From IMG/VR virus record IMGVR_UViG_3300036715_003906, positions 187,475-251,474 of that record: a stretch of DNA of 64,000 bases; one strand, given 5' to 3'. Position numbers and translations under genes: made by a program. How positions within the stretch are numbered: the stretch's first letter is position 1; every line of letters begins with the position of its first letter. Shown piece after piece: positions 1 to 12,269 of this stretch. The notes under the pieces were generated by a model that searched no databases, was not told where the DNA came from, and worked only from the letters and a program-made list of their open reading frames with translations.

Positions 1-1281
1 GATGACCGCCCGGGCCGAGAACTTGTTGTGGGCGTCGTAAACCCAGGCCGACCCGTCATAGCCGAGGGTCCGATGAATCGTGGCCGCCGCGTGCCCCGTG
101 AGACCCGCCAGACGCTTCGCAGCGATGCCCGTCGGGGCCATGAGGCTCACCGGCACCCCGAGGCGCTTGAAGAGGGCACAGAGCGCCCGCACGAGGGTCG
201 TCTTGCCCGTCCCCGGGAGACCCGTGAGGACCAGGACCCGTCCCTCGATGAGCTTCCGCACCCCGTCCTGCTGGGCCTCGGAAAGCTGGAGCCGGTTCTG
301 CTGCTGGTACGATTCGAGGAACTCCTCGACGGACACGTCCGCCACGACCTTCTCGGCCTGAATGAACAGCGCCAGGATCCTGGCGCTGTCCCGCTCGAAA
401 CGCCAGTACCGGGGCAGGTAGATACCCGAGACCGGGTCGTGCTTCACGACCCCCGACGCCGTCATCTTGTCGAGCACCTGCTGGACGTCCTCGGCCAGGG
501 TCTCGCCGAAGGGGTCGATCGTCTCCGACAAGACCAGGTTCTCCAGGGCGAGGGGGATGGTCGGCCGCGGGAGGCACAGGTGCCCCTGCGTCGCGGCCTC
601 GTGAAGCGTGTGCAGGAGGGCACCCTCGAGCCGCCTCGGATCCCCGCGGTCCACGCCGAGCTGGAGGCCCAGGGTGTCGGCCTGGGCGAAGGGGAAGCCA
701 GGGACCGCCACAAGCCGGTAGGGGTTCTCCTTGACGACCGCCAGGGCCTCGGACCCGAAGACAGCATAGATCCCACGGATGACCTCGGGCCGTAGACGAA
801 GGTCGATGAGGTACGAAGCCAGATCCCTCTGGGCCCGCGCCTCTGCCCAGCCCCGGATCAAGCGCCGGAGGGTCTCGTCCTCGTTCGTCCCGGGCTCCGC
901 GAGGGCCAGAACCTCCTCGGGCCGCTCCGACAGGGCCACGAAGGGGTCCGTGAAGGCCATGGCCACCTTGTTCGCGACCGTATCGGAGATCACCCACGAC
1001 AGGCAGCGCTGGAGGAAGGACGAGGCCAGGGCCGTGCTGGGGGCATAGGGCTCCCACCCCTCGATCCGAAGCTGGACGCCGTACTTCGGGTGCGTGATCC
1101 AGGACCCCCTCAGGCCCACGCTCACCCCGGGCGGGAGCTGCCCGAGACCGTAGATGGCCCCGGCCGCCGTCGCGAAGGAAGGGCAAGCCCCGCCTTCGGA
1201 CCGGTGGACGTGGAGGCGGAGCACCACATAGGTGGGCTCGTGAAAGAAGACCCGTTCAACAATCCCTTCGATGTACGGCAC
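1..1281 (-). CDS. recD2: RecD2-like ATP-dependent helicase (partial, runs off the window start)
   Basis: Absent from the ORF track. Hand translation from GTG 1281 gives MPYIEGIVERVFFHEPTY...VLTGLPGTGKTT (Walker A)...APTGIAAKRL...ATIHRTLG, which are RecD/TraA motifs. Confidence 0.9.
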   Translation of the reverse strand, partial: MPYIEGIVERVFFHEPTYVVLRLHVHRSEGGACPSFATAAGAIYGLGQLPPGVSVGLRGSWITHPKYGVQLRIEGWEPYAPSTALASSFLQRCLSWVISDTVANKVAMAFTDPFVALSERPEEVLALAEPGTNEDETLRRLIRGWAEARAQRDLASYLIDLRLRPEVIRGIYAVFGSEALAVVKENPYRLVAVPGFPFAQADTLGLQLGVDRGDPRRLEGALLHTLHEAATQGHLCLPRPTIPLALENLVLSETIDPFGETLAEDVQQVLDKMTASGVVKHDPVSGIYLPRYWRFERDSARILALFIQAEKVVADVSVEEFLESYQQQNRLQLSEAQQDGVRKLIEGRVLVLTGLPGTGKTTLVRALCALFKRLGVPVSLMAPTGIAAKRLAGLTGHAAATIHRTLGYDGSAWVYDAHNKFSARAVI

Positions 1282-1322
1282 GCCAGAACCTACACCAGAA
1301 CCCCCCCGGGGTCGACGGCGGG

Positions 1323-3035
1323 CTACCCCTCACACGCCGAGCATTCGGCCTTGCTGCGGCTGGCGAGGTCGCCCCGGAGGACGCCCTCCGTCCGCAGGTA
1401 GTAGAGGGTCTTGAGACCCTCCTCCCAGGCCGCCAGGTGGACCTCGTGGATGTACTGGGGCGTCGAGTTGGACGCGAAGAACAGATTGACGCTCTGGGAC
1501 TGGTCGATCCACCGCTGGCGCTGCCCCGCCTGCTTCACGATGGCGTGCTGGTTAATCTCACGGGCCGTGAGGAAGATCTGCTTCTCGTCCGCCGACAGGA
1601 CGTCGAGGTGCTGGACCGACCCGGAGAACTCGTTGATCGACTTCCAGACGGCGGGCGTGTCCAGGTCCCGGGAGGCGAGGAGCCGCCGGAGCGTGTGGTT
1701 CTTGCGGATGAAGGTCCCCTTGGCGCTCTTGAGGCTGAAGATGTTAGCCGCCAGGGGCTCGATGCCCGCCGACTGCCCCCCGCTGATCGCGGAGTTGCTG
1801 ACCGTGGGGGCCACGGCGAGCAGGTGGGTGTGCCGTCGGCCGTGGCCCTGGCACCACGAGGGCTCCCCCAGCTCCCGGGCCATCACCGCGCTCTCCTCCT
1901 CGGCCTTCCTGCGGAGGGTACGGAAGATCTCGGCGTTCAGGGACATCGCCCCGAACGAGTCGAAGGGGAGCCCGCGCTCCTGGAGCAGCGAGTGCCAGCC
2001 GAGGACCCCGATCCCGAGGGCACGGCCGGCCAGGGCGCTCCGCCGGCTGGCCTCCAGGCCCGTGACGCCCTCGCTCTTGAGGATGTACTCGCTGAGCACG
2101 GCGTCGAGGAACCGGACCGTGGTCTCGACGAGCGTGCTGTCCTTCCACTCCTCCCACCTGACCAGGTTGAGCGAGGAGAGGCAGCACACGAAGGAGTGCT
2201 CCGTATCCGTGTAGAGCGTGATTTCCGTGCAGATGTTCGATGTCTTGATGACCATGCCCCGGTCCCGGTAAGCCGGCGGGTTCGACCGGTTGACCGCGTC
2301 CTCGAAGAACAGGTACGGCTCCCCCGTCTCGACCCGGGCCCGCAGGATCTCGGCCCACATCTTCCGCTTGTGGGCGTCCCCGGCGACGAGGCTCTGCATC
2401 CACTTGTCGGAGAGGGTGAACCCGTGATGCACGTTGAGGCACCGCCGGTTCAGGTCCCCGATGGGGCGCCGCATCTGGAGGAACTCCTCCGCGTCCGGGT
2501 GGGTGACGGGCAGGTAGAGCGCGCAAGCACCCCGCCGGGTCGTGCCCTGGCTGACCGACGACGTCGTGACGTCGTAGACCTTGCTCCAGGGGATGACGCC
2601 CTCGCTCGACCCGTTGCCCCGGATGGGGGCCCCCCGGTGCCGGACGTCCCCCATGTACACCCCGACGCCGGCCCCGTTCTTCGACAGGATCGCCAGCTCG
2701 TGGTTCTTCTGGAAGATCGAGTCGACCGAGTCATCGACGTGGATCGAGTTGCACGAGATGGGCAGGCCCCGATCGGTCCCCATGTTCGAGAGCACAGGGG
2801 AGGCCGGGCACAGCCAGTTCTTCCACATCGCGTCGAAGAAGCGGGCCTCCCACTGAGCCGCGGCGGTCCCGTAGTAGAGGGACGCAGCCCGGGCGACCCG
2901 AAGGTACATCCCCCGGGGGGTCTCGCCGGGGAGCATGTAGCCCCCCTGCAAGGTCGACAGCCCCTCGTCCCCCATCCAGAGGGGGGCCTCACCGGCGCGC
3001 TGGAGCGCCACGAGGTCCAGGTTCGGGTCAATCAT
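1323..3035 (-). CDS. nrdA: Ribonucleoside-diphosphate reductase alpha subunit (class Ia)
   Basis: Motifs PASPVLSN, SNICTEI, CCLSSLN, APTVS, LKTLYY and a C-terminal CxxC. The true start is MIDPN at 3035, overlapping the nrdB stop (ATGA). Confidence 0.95.
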   Translation of the reverse strand: MIDPNLDLVALQRAGEAPLWMGDEGLSTLQGGYMLPGETPRGMYLRVARAASLYYGTAAAQWEARFFDAMWKNWLCPASPVLSNMGTDRGLPISCNSIHVDDSVDSIFQKNHELAILSKNGAGVGVYMGDVRHRGAPIRGNGSSEGVIPWSKVYDVTTSSVSQGTTRRGACALYLPVTHPDAEEFLQMRRPIGDLNRRCLNVHHGFTLSDKWMQSLVAGDAHKRKMWAEILRARVETGEPYLFFEDAVNRSNPPAYRDRGMVIKTSNICTEITLYTDTEHSFVCCLSSLNLVRWEEWKDSTLVETTVRFLDAVLSEYILKSEGVTGLEASRRSALAGRALGIGVLGWHSLLQERGLPFDSFGAMSLNAEIFRTLRRKAEEESAVMARELGEPSWCQGHGRRHTHLLAVAPTVSNSAISGGQSAGIEPLAANIFSLKSAKGTFIRKNHTLRRLLASRDLDTPAVWKSINEFSGSVQHLDVLSADEKQIFLTAREINQHAIVKQAGQRQRWIDQSQSVNLFFASNSTPQYIHEVHLAAWEEGLKTLYYLRTEGVLRGDLASRSKAECSACEG

Positions 3036-4078
3036 TCGGCCGCCTCCGGCATACGCCACGACGCGGAAGCGGGGGCGGGGGTGAGGGTGGGGGTGTCCCA
3101 CACGTTCGTGAAGTCCATGACGCCCTTCGAGTAATCGGTGACGCGGGAGGCAAAGAAGTCCGCGTGGGTCACCCCCGCCGAGAGCACGTCGAACCACGCC
3201 ATGCGCGCCATGGCGCTCCCGTCGATGTCCAGCCAGAGCGGGGCGAGCCCGAGGTCGGCGAGCTTCGTGTTGGTCCGGTAGCGGATGAAGGTGCGGAGGT
3301 CCTCCTCGGTCAGACCCTGGGTCGAGCCGACCGAGTACGCCTGATGAATGAAGGCGTCCTCCAGCTCGACCGTGACCCGGGCCGCCTCCGCGATCTCCGC
3401 CCGCATCTCGTCGTCGAGCAGGCCGGGGTTCTCGGCCACCAGCGTGCGGAAGAGCCAGCACCCCGCCTCCGAGTGCAAGGACTCGTCCTTGATCGAGAAG
3501 GCGATGATCTGCCCGACCCCCTTCAGCTTGTTGAAGCGGGAGAAGTTCAGCAGGATCGCGAAGGACGAGAAGAGGTTGACCCCCTCGTTGAAGGCCGAGA
3601 AGACCGCCAGGGACCGGGCAATCTCCCGCAGCGTCGTCCCCTTGGTCGCGACGAGCCGGTCGATCTTCGCCTTGGCCGAGGGGTCCTCCAGGAAGGCGTC
3701 GAAGTCCTCCAGGCCGAGGGAGGTGTTGAGCAGGGCGTAGGAGACCGCGTGGACCGACTCCATGGACGCAAAAGCCGCCCCCATCATCTGCACCTCGGGC
3801 TTGCCGAACCACGCCGAGATCTTCTGGCTCCAGTATTCCTGGATGGAGACCTCCGATTGGACGAAGCCCTTGAGGATGTGCCCGATCAGGTTCTGCTCCC
3901 CGCTCGTCAGGAGCATCTTCCAGTCGTTGACGTCCGACGAGAGATTGATCTCCGAGGGGACCCAGTGCGACTGCTGCTGCTTCTGCCAGTAGGAGTACGC
4001 CTCGGGGTACTCGAAGGGGGCGTAGGTAGCCCGGGGACGGAGGAGAGACTTGGGGGCAGACTTCGGCGACGCTTCCAT
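3032..4078 (-). CDS. nrdB: Ribonucleotide reductase beta subunit
   Basis: Di-iron motifs ESVHAVSY, EGVNLFSSF and DESLH; C-terminal DFF..RVTDY. Confidence 0.95.
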   Translation of the reverse strand: MEASPKSAPKSLLRPRATYAPFEYPEAYSYWQKQQQSHWVPSEINLSSDVNDWKMLLTSGEQNLIGHILKGFVQSEVSIQEYWSQKISAWFGKPEVQMMGAAFASMESVHAVSYALLNTSLGLEDFDAFLEDPSAKAKIDRLVATKGTTLREIARSLAVFSAFNEGVNLFSSFAILLNFSRFNKLKGVGQIIAFSIKDESLHSEAGCWLFRTLVAENPGLLDDEMRAEIAEAARVTVELEDAFIHQAYSVGSTQGLTEEDLRTFIRYRTNTKLADLGLAPLWLDIDGSAMARMAWFDVLSAGVTHADFFASRVTDYSKGVMDFTNVWDTPTLTPAPASASWRMPEAAE

Positions 4079-4089
4079 GGATTTTTACC

Positions 4090-5055
4090 TCACCCTGCGA
4101 TTGCAAGAACGGTCAACTCAACCCGGGTCCGCTTGGACGTGACGGACCCCTTCACCTCGACATCGAGACGCCGGAGCCGCGCCATGTGGCCGACGAGACT
4201 CGCGGTGGTGTGCCGACGGACCATCGGAAGAAAGTGGGTCCGGCACCGCCACGGGTTCATCCCGACGGCCAGCGCGATCTCCTCCTCCGGGGCCCGGGCG
4301 TCGAGCATCTGACGAGCCACCAGGGCCTTCTCGATCGGCCGCATGAGACCGATGACGATCGGGACGTGGGCCTCGTCCCCCAGGGTCCGGTAGACCAGGG
4401 AGAGCTTGTCCATCGCCTTGACCGCCTGGCGACCGAGCGCGGCCTCCCCGACCTCGAAAGGGGAGGCCGGGAACACGGGGGCGACCACGCGGGTGAGGTC
4501 CGCCATCTCGACCTTCTTGCCCCCGGCGAGACGGACGAGCTTCCCCAGCTCGCTCGCGAGGACGTAGAGGTCATCCCCGATCAGGGAGAAGAGCCGGTCC
4601 GCCACACCATCCCCGAGGCTCGCCCCGAGGCGCACAGCCTCCGTGACCAGCCAACGGACAACCTCGTTGTTGTTGTCCCATGTCTTGAGCTTCCGGTGCT
4701 CCGTCACCTTGCCGTGCCGGCCCATCTTGGCCCACGCCTCGGGGAGCTTCGCCCCCCGTACGATGACCACGAGGACCTCGCCCGCCTTTGCCTCCGCACG
4801 CCCCTCGACGTAGGACGGAAGGACCTTGGCCACCTTGACCTCCTCCGCGTGATCCACGAGGATCAGGCGGCCCTGCCCCTCCAGCGAGACGCTCTGGCAG
4901 GCGTCCACGATCTCCGTCTCCGTGACCTTGTCCCCGTCGAGCGAAACCACGTCCCGACCCTTCCACGCCAAGATCCGCTGCCGGTCCTGGTCGAGCAAGT
5001 AGTCCTCCGCCCCATAGGCGAGCAAAAAGGGCACGTACCTCTGCGCCTTCGCCAT
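4090..5055 (-). CDS. holA: DNA polymerase III delta subunit-like clamp-loader protein
   Basis: LAYGAEDYL N-terminus, G.DLYVLASELGKL and LRRLDVEVKG; size fits; adjacent to holB. Confidence 0.75.
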   Translation of the reverse strand: MAKAQRYVPFLLAYGAEDYLLDQDRQRILAWKGRDVVSLDGDKVTETEIVDACQSVSLEGQGRLILVDHAEEVKVAKVLPSYVEGRAEAKAGEVLVVIVRGAKLPEAWAKMGRHGKVTEHRKLKTWDNNNEVVRWLVTEAVRLGASLGDGVADRLFSLIGDDLYVLASELGKLVRLAGGKKVEMADLTRVVAPVFPASPFEVGEAALGRQAVKAMDKLSLVYRTLGDEAHVPIVIGLMRPIEKALVARQMLDARAPEEEIALAVGMNPWRCRTHFLPMVRRHTTASLVGHMARLRRLDVEVKGSVTSKRTRVELTVLAIAG

Positions 5056-5058
5056 GGC

Positions 5059-6015
5059 TCAACCCCCGAGGAAGGCTTCGGCGAAGATCGACTTGAGATG
5101 AAAGGGAACCTGGATCTTGGTGGCCCGGCGATCGGCCGCCATCCCCCGCAACATCACCCGCAACGAGTCCCACCCACGCCTCGGCCCCTTGGGCCCCAGC
5201 TCGCGCAGGTCCCCCAGGCGGTCTTGGTTGAGGCAGCGGTCGGGGCAGGTGGGCAGCATGAGGAGGTCGTGAAGCAAGAGGTCGAGGAAGTGGCAACCGA
5301 GGTCGATGTCGCGCTCCAGGCTGTCCACCAGGGAAAAGGTGGCCTGTAGGTCTCGCCGGGAGGCGGCCTGGAGGAGCGACAGGATCTTGTCACGCAGGAC
5401 CAGCTTGCCTCCGCCCCAGAACTGGAGCGCCCGGCCAACCGACCCTTCGCTCAGACGACTGATGACAAGTGCTTTGTCGGTGTCGGGTTCGTGCTGCGAA
5501 AGCACCGATTGCACGAAGGCTAGCGGTAGGGGCAAAAAGAATACCTCCCCACACCTCGACCGGATCGTGGGGATCACGGCGTGAATGTCGTGGGCAAGGA
5601 GGAAAAAGCGGGCGAAGGGCGGGGGCTCTTCGAGGGTCTTGAGGAGGGCCCCCGCGGCGGCGGGGGTCAGGCGATCGACCCCCTCCAGGATGACCACCCT
5701 GAAGGCCCCCTGGGACGGGTAATCGAGGAGCGACGCGAGGACCTCACGGACGGCCTCGACCCCGATGTCCTTCTCCCCCGCCCGCACCTGCACCACGTCC
5801 GGGTGAACGTCCTGCCGGATCTGTTCGCAGTTCAGGCAGGCGCAAGCGTAGGTACGGTCCCCGGTGCAGAGGAGCGTGCGCGTCGTGAACACCGCCCCGG
5901 TCCTCCGTCCCGTACCCTCCGGACCATGCAGGATCAAGGGGCGCGTCAGCCGGCCACTCACCACCGCGGCGAGGTAACGTGCCGCCGTCTTCTGTCCGAC
6001 AATCCGATCGAGCAC
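5059..6015 (-). CDS. holB: DNA polymerase III delta' subunit
   Basis: IVGQ, GPEGTG, zinc cluster C..C..C, HPD, ALLKTLEEPP and TIRSRC. Start placed at GTG 6015. Confidence 0.9.
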   Translation of the reverse strand: MLDRIVGQKTAARYLAAVVSGRLTRPLILHGPEGTGRRTGAVFTTRTLLCTGDRTYACACLNCEQIRQDVHPDVVQVRAGEKDIGVEAVREVLASLLDYPSQGAFRVVILEGVDRLTPAAAGALLKTLEEPPPFARFFLLAHDIHAVIPTIRSRCGEVFFLPLPLAFVQSVLSQHEPDTDKALVISRLSEGSVGRALQFWGGGKLVLRDKILSLLQAASRRDLQATFSLVDSLERDIDLGCHFLDLLLHDLLMLPTCPDRCLNQDRLGDLRELGPKGPRRGWDSLRVMLRGMAADRRATKIQVPFHLKSIFAEAFLGG

Positions 6016-6190
6016 CAGGGGCCTCCGGTCGTTCCATGAGCTGTGGGCGACGGAGGGGGGGAACCGCTTGCAGGTGGAACACGGCCAGGAAGTTCTGACC
6101 GCATCCCTGACACACAAACCGGTGGGGTTCCTGACCACTCGCCGCGAGGAAGGAGCGGCAGGCTGTACACCGCATCATTCCCTCATCCAC
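5744..6190 (-). CDS. Small double-CxxC zinc-ribbon protein (3' end uncertain, overlaps holB)
   Basis: RCTAC...FVCQGCG; the frame stays open about 270 nt into holB. Confidence 0.4.
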   Translation of the reverse strand: MDEGMMRCTACRSFLAASGQEPHRFVCQGCGQNFLAVFHLQAVPPLRRPQLMERPEAPGARSDCRTEDGGTLPRRGGEWPADAPLDPAWSGGYGTEDRGGVHDAHAPLHRGPYLRLRLPELRTDPAGRSPGRGAGAGGGEGHRGRGRP

Positions 6191-7001
6191 GGAGACGCCC
6201 CTGCTGTCCGAGGAAGCCCTGGACCTCGCGGTAGGGGACCAGGTCCGGGAGCTTGTCCCCGAGGGCCTGCTGCGACGTCTCGGCAACCCAGGCGTCGATG
6301 CCCGCCTTCCCCCACGCCATGTAGTAGTACGAGGGGCCCGTGAAGTAGGACGCGATCCCGTCGGCGTACACCTTGGGGACCATGCCAAGGGTCCAGGCCG
6401 CCACGGCCAGGTTGACCGTGTAGCCCCGCTTCTCCCAGAAGGTTCGCCAGGGGGCCGGGAAGGGCGCAAGGGGGGCCAGGGCGAGCAGCAGGAGCAGGCC
6501 CTTGACCCAGCCGGTGAAGGCAAAGGCGAGCCCCACCCCGAGCGCGCCCCAGAGGATGTAGAGCAGGTAGGCGAGAGGGCTCCCCACGTAGACCGCCGCC
6601 AGGCCCCCCGTCACGGCACCCGCCACGAGGCAGGCCAGGGGCCAGGAGTCCAGGCGAGCCGCCGCCACGTAGGCGAGGAGACCGAAGGGCGCCAGGATCT
6701 GGGGGAAGAGGTACGACAGGCTGAACCAGAAGGGGTGAGCGGCGTGGTCGAGCAGGTGGACCCACTCGTGAGCGAGGACCGTGATGCTCCCCTTCGGGCT
6801 GCTCTCGTAGATCGCCCGGGAGGGGAAGTAGACCGTCGTCCCGAGCGTGGTCGTAAAACGCGTCATGAAGTCGCGATGGAAGGGCCGCACGAGGCCCCCG
6901 AGCACCCTCATCCACCCGACCTCGTCCTTGAAGGCGACCCGGAACGCCGGGACCGACGCCCGCACCCTGTCCTCGAACGCCCGCAGATCCGTTGTGTCCA
7001 T
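6183..7001 (-). CDS. Membrane protein with HExxH zincin-like motif
   Basis: LAHEWVH followed by several hydrophobic helices and a downstream WEKRGY glutamate. Confidence 0.6.
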   Translation of the reverse strand: MDTTDLRAFEDRVRASVPAFRVAFKDEVGWMRVLGGLVRPFHRDFMTRFTTTLGTTVYFPSRAIYESSPKGSITVLAHEWVHLLDHAAHPFWFSLSYLFPQILAPFGLLAYVAAARLDSWPLACLVAGAVTGGLAAVYVGSPLAYLLYILWGALGVGLAFAFTGWVKGLLLLLALAPLAPFPAPWRTFWEKRGYTVNLAVAAWTLGMVPKVYADGIASYFTGPSYYYMAWGKAGIDAWVAETSQQALGDKLPDLVPYREVQGFLGQQGRLRG

Positions 7002-7020
7002 CGGCGCCTCCCTCGGGGGG

Positions 7021-7239
7021 TTAGTAGACGAACTCACCGCCCAGGGCGATGCCCCAGGTGTGGTGGCAGGTGACGCACCGATAGAGGTGCTGGCCCGGCA
7101 GCGCCGTGGGGATCTTCAGCTCCTCGGCCACCACGCTCGTGCAACGAGAGTTCTTGCACCGGATGTTGACGGTCACGGGCTTTTCGGACTCGGCGGGGAC
7201 AGCCAGGCCGGGAAGCGTTCCTTTGGGGTCGACGGTCAT
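7021..7239 (-). CDS. Small zinc-finger protein
   Basis: CKNSRC...YRCVTCHHTW. Confidence 0.55.
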   Translation of the reverse strand: MTVDPKGTLPGLAVPAESEKPVTVNIRCKNSRCTSVVAEELKIPTALPGQHLYRCVTCHHTWGIALGGEFVY

Positions 7240-7257
7240 CTCGGGTCTCCTCTGGAT

Positions 7258-7647
7258 CTAGTAGGTGCTGGTCGGGTAGTCGTCCGGGAAGAGCCGGCAC
7301 AAGGTCCCGTACACGCGGTCGTACAGGCTGCCGCGCGCCGTGTCCAGAACCGCCACGTCCGCCGGGATGGACGACTCCCCCGCCTGGCCCGCCGGGAAGA
7401 GCTGAGGGGAGAAGGACCCGTCCGCCAGGTAGGGCTGGATCTTGGCCCAGTCCTCCCCGCGAACGTAGACGCCCACCTGACCGTCCTCCCGGTAGACGCG
7501 GACCCTATCCTGGTCCTCGATGACCAGCCGCCAGGACGTCGCCTGGTGGGTGATACGGGCGATGATCGCGTGGGCTACGGCCGGAAGGTCCGTTTGCCGT
7601 AGCCGCCCCACGCGGGTCCCTCGCCAGTAGCTCAGTCGCTCATCCAC
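7258..7647 (-). CDS. Hypothetical protein
   Basis: Fills the gap in a co-oriented gene run; protein-like composition. Confidence 0.55.
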   Translation of the reverse strand: MDERLSYWRGTRVGRLRQTDLPAVAHAIIARITHQATSWRLVIEDQDRVRVYREDGQVGVYVRGEDWAKIQPYLADGSFSPQLFPAGQAGESSIPADVAVLDTARGSLYDRVYGTLCRLFPDDYPTSTY

Positions 7648-7671
7648 ATCCCCGAAGGGGGGACAAATGAA

Positions 7672-9710
<2,039 letters not shown>

Positions 9711-9745
9711 CCCCGTCTCCTACGGGAAGAGGCCCGCGGGCGCCA

Positions 9746-10108
9746 TCACTTCCGCCGGGGAATCAGCACCTTGAGCTTGGCCTCCGCCTTCTCGGTCGTC
9801 ACCTGGCCACCCGACACGAGGGTCGTGTACCGGATCCGGACCTCACCCGCCCCGAGCGCCCGGGGCAGGGGCTGCTTCTGCTCGGCGAGCTTCACCGCCA
9901 GGACCAGGTGACGGGTCTCCTCGGCCAAGAGAGCCGGAACCCGCAAGGTCCAGGTCTTGTCCATCGGGTCCTTCTCGTGGTCGACGTCGCTCACCACCGC
10001 CGTGATGTGGTGCCCGGCGTGGGGCTCGACCTCGATGACGATGTCCGTCGCGCAGGAACGGTACGGGGACTCAAACCTCACGGTGTAGCCCCACACCCGG
10101 CGAGGCAT
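9746..10108 (-). CDS. Hypothetical beta-rich protein
   Basis: Start MPRRVWG at 10108 after a GGAGG Shine-Dalgarno. Confidence 0.55.
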   Translation of the reverse strand: MPRRVWGYTVRFESPYRSCATDIVIEVEPHAGHHITAVVSDVDHEKDPMDKTWTLRVPALLAEETRHLVLAVKLAEQKQPLPRALGAGEVRIRYTTLVSGGQVTTEKAEAKLKVLIPRRK

Positions 10109-10133
10109 AGCGGACCTCCGGCCAGGTGGCGAG

Positions 10134-10574
10134 TCAATCCCCGAGGAGGTGGTCGTAGACGGTCTTGGTCGAGACCGGGACGGGGGCCGGGGCCGGCTTC
10201 CGCTTCGGGGTCTTGACCCCTTTGCGCACGGGGGCCGGGGACGGCGCGGCTTCCGCGACACCGTCGTGGTTCTTGAGGAACCGGGGCACGCGGTCCCCCA
10301 CGCTCGTGATGACCAGGTAGTAGATCTGGATGGCCGCCTGGATGAGTGAGAGGGGCAGGTGGGCGTAGTCATCACGGGACGCCAGCTCGATGACGAACCC
10401 CCGGATGGGATGCACCAGGACATGGCCCCCCGCGGGGAGGAGTTCTTGAACAGGCCGCAGGACCCCCAGGAGGAGCGTGGCGGTGTTCGCATCCCGGGGG
10501 CGGCGCACCGCATCTTCCAGTTGCTGGACGCGGCGAGTGATCTCGAGTTGGGGGAGAGGCAGGGGGGGAGGCAT
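10134..10574 (-). CDS. Hypothetical protein ending KTVYDHLLGD
   Basis: ATG lies 9 nt after a CGGTGTA motif. Confidence 0.6.
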   Translation of the reverse strand: MPPPLPLPQLEITRRVQQLEDAVRRPRDANTATLLLGVLRPVQELLPAGGHVLVHPIRGFVIELASRDDYAHLPLSLIQAAIQIYYLVITSVGDRVPRFLKNHDGVAEAAPSPAPVRKGVKTPKRKPAPAPVPVSTKTVYDHLLGD

Positions 10575-10590
10575 CCCCCGGCTTACACCG

Positions 10591-10980
10591 TCAGGGGACC
10601 GCCAGGGAGGGCAGCACGCGGGTGGGGTCCGAGACACGGAAGGACCGGTGGCTCCCGTTGAATGCCATGGCCGGGGCGAGCCCCGCCTTCACGACCGTTC
10701 CTTGGAGAAGGCCGAAAAGGTTGCTGTGGGCAACCCGCGTGGCACAGTGGTCCTCGACCTTGACCCACTCCCCGGGGTTCTCCCAGGCCCGGCGCAGGTA
10801 GAGGTGCACCAGGGCCACGGTCTTGCCGATCCGGGGGCTGTTCGGGACCACGCTGTTGAGCGTCGGCGCCGAGGCCCCAGGGTCCCCCAGGAAGACCTGC
10901 TGCCACGGGCTCAGCTCCATGTGGGGCACATCGGGGAAAGCCGTCATCTCGACCCACAACGAGGGGAGGGGGGAGTCCAT
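10591..10980 (-). CDS. Hypothetical protein with PRxGKT P-loop-like segment
   Basis: LSPWQQ...SPRIGKT resembles a terminase/helicase N-terminal fragment. Confidence 0.4.
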   Translation of the reverse strand: MDSPLPSLWVEMTAFPDVPHMELSPWQQVFLGDPGASAPTLNSVVPNSPRIGKTVALVHLYLRRAWENPGEWVKVEDHCATRVAHSNLFGLLQGTVVKAGLAPAMAFNGSHRSFRVSDPTRVLPSLAVP

Positions 10981-11019
10981 CGGCGGAGAGTGCCCCGGGT
11001 CCCGCCGGGGCGCGACATC

Positions 11020-11547
11020 TCAGCCGTGGCCCATGGTGGGCGCGTGGGGCGAGAGGTAGGGTGTCCACTCGGGCGGGGTCTGGACGAGGCCGAGGATGGG
11101 GTGCCCGAGCGGGAGTCTTTCGGGCTTCTTCGGCTGCCGGAGCAGCTTCATCCCCGCTTCGGCCGGGGTCCTGCCGGCCTTGTGGTCGTTGCAGGGGTAG
11201 CAGGAGGTCACGATGTTGTCCCAGTTGGTCGTGCCCCCGGCCCGCCTGGGGATGACGTGGTCGTAGTTCAGGTCCTTCATGGCCTTCCGGTTGCCGCAAT
11301 ACTGGCACCGGAACTCGTCCCGGGTGAAGACGTTGATCCGCGAGAACTTCACCCCCTTCTTGAACAGGGTCGAACCGCGACGGAGCACGATGACCGCGGG
11401 CAGGGCCATGCTCATCGAGGGCGACGAGACCTGCTCATCGTAGTTCTCGATGGACATCGCCTTGTCGGTGACGACCAGGCAGATGGCCTCCTGCCAGGAG
11501 ACGATACGGTGCGGGGAGTAGCTGCTGTTCAGGACGAGGGTGTGCAT
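11020..11547 (-). CDS. HNH endonuclease (McrA-like)
   Basis: TLVLNSSY, RDEFRCQYCG, DHVIPR..GG..WDNIVTSCYPCN. Confidence 0.9.
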   Translation of the reverse strand: MHTLVLNSSYSPHRIVSWQEAICLVVTDKAMSIENYDEQVSSPSMSMALPAVIVLRRGSTLFKKGVKFSRINVFTRDEFRCQYCGNRKAMKDLNYDHVIPRRAGGTTNWDNIVTSCYPCNDHKAGRTPAEAGMKLLRQPKKPERLPLGHPILGLVQTPPEWTPYLSPHAPTMGHG

Positions 11548-11642
11548 GGAGGTCACCTGCTTCTCTTGCGTACCACGGGATGTCTTGACGGCCAGGGCAG
11601 CGGCACGCTGCCCATCTCGTCTTCTTATACACTGACCGAGGT

Positions 11643-12269
11643 ATGACATACCGATACGAGCGTACCGCTGCCTCCCCCGGCCCCGAGTTCAAGGAGATGA
11701 ACGCGGTCATGGGCCGGGCCAAGAAGGTCTACGCGGCCTACCTGACCCAGAAGACGGGCGTCCCCTGGGAGGTGAGCGGCTCCTACGGCTCGTTCAACAG
11801 CGTCAAGCACGTCTGGTACGGTCCGCAGATGAGCCTGTCCCTCGACATACACTCGATGGTCGGCCGGGTCCCGCCCGAGTTCAACTACCGCTTCAACCTC
11901 CACACGAACCGCGGCGACAAATGGTCCGAGGTGGTCGACGGCTTCACGGCCGAGGACCTGAAGAACCCCGCCTTCGTCATCCCGGCCAGCATCCTCAAGG
12001 ACATCCAGTATGCCCTCTCCGGATCGACCAGCCAGGAAATCGAGGCGGTCGTCCAGGAGACCCAGAACGCCATCGGGGCCGCCAACGCCAAGATCAGCAC
12101 GCTCCAGCAGGGCATCGCCGAACTGTCGAAGTGGAGCGAGGGCTCCCCCGGCCAGATTGCCGAGCGCATCCGCCGGGACCGCGGGGGCTTCATGAAAGCC
12201 TACGGCAAGGTGACCGAGCACCCGCGCGACATGGACCGGCTCCTCACCCTCGCCCTCGGCCGGGAATAA
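11643..12269 (+). CDS. Hypothetical protein
   Basis: GAGG Shine-Dalgarno, typical GC3-rich codons, C-terminal coiled coil. Confidence 0.7.
   Translation: MTYRYERTAASPGPEFKEMNAVMGRAKKVYAAYLTQKTGVPWEVSGSYGSFNSVKHVWYGPQMSLSLDIHSMVGRVPPEFNYRFNLHTNRGDKWSEVVDGFTAEDLKNPAFVIPASILKDIQYALSGSTSQEIEAVVQETQNAIGAANAKISTLQQGIAELSKWSEGSPGQIAERIRRDRGGFMKAYGKVTEHPRDMDRLLTLALGRE

Noticed and set aside
1323-4106. 927-aa ORF suggesting an RNR alpha subunit with a long N-terminal extension
   Set aside because: The first ~357 aa are an alternative frame over nrdB with Arg/Gly/Pro-rich shadow composition; the real start is at 3035.
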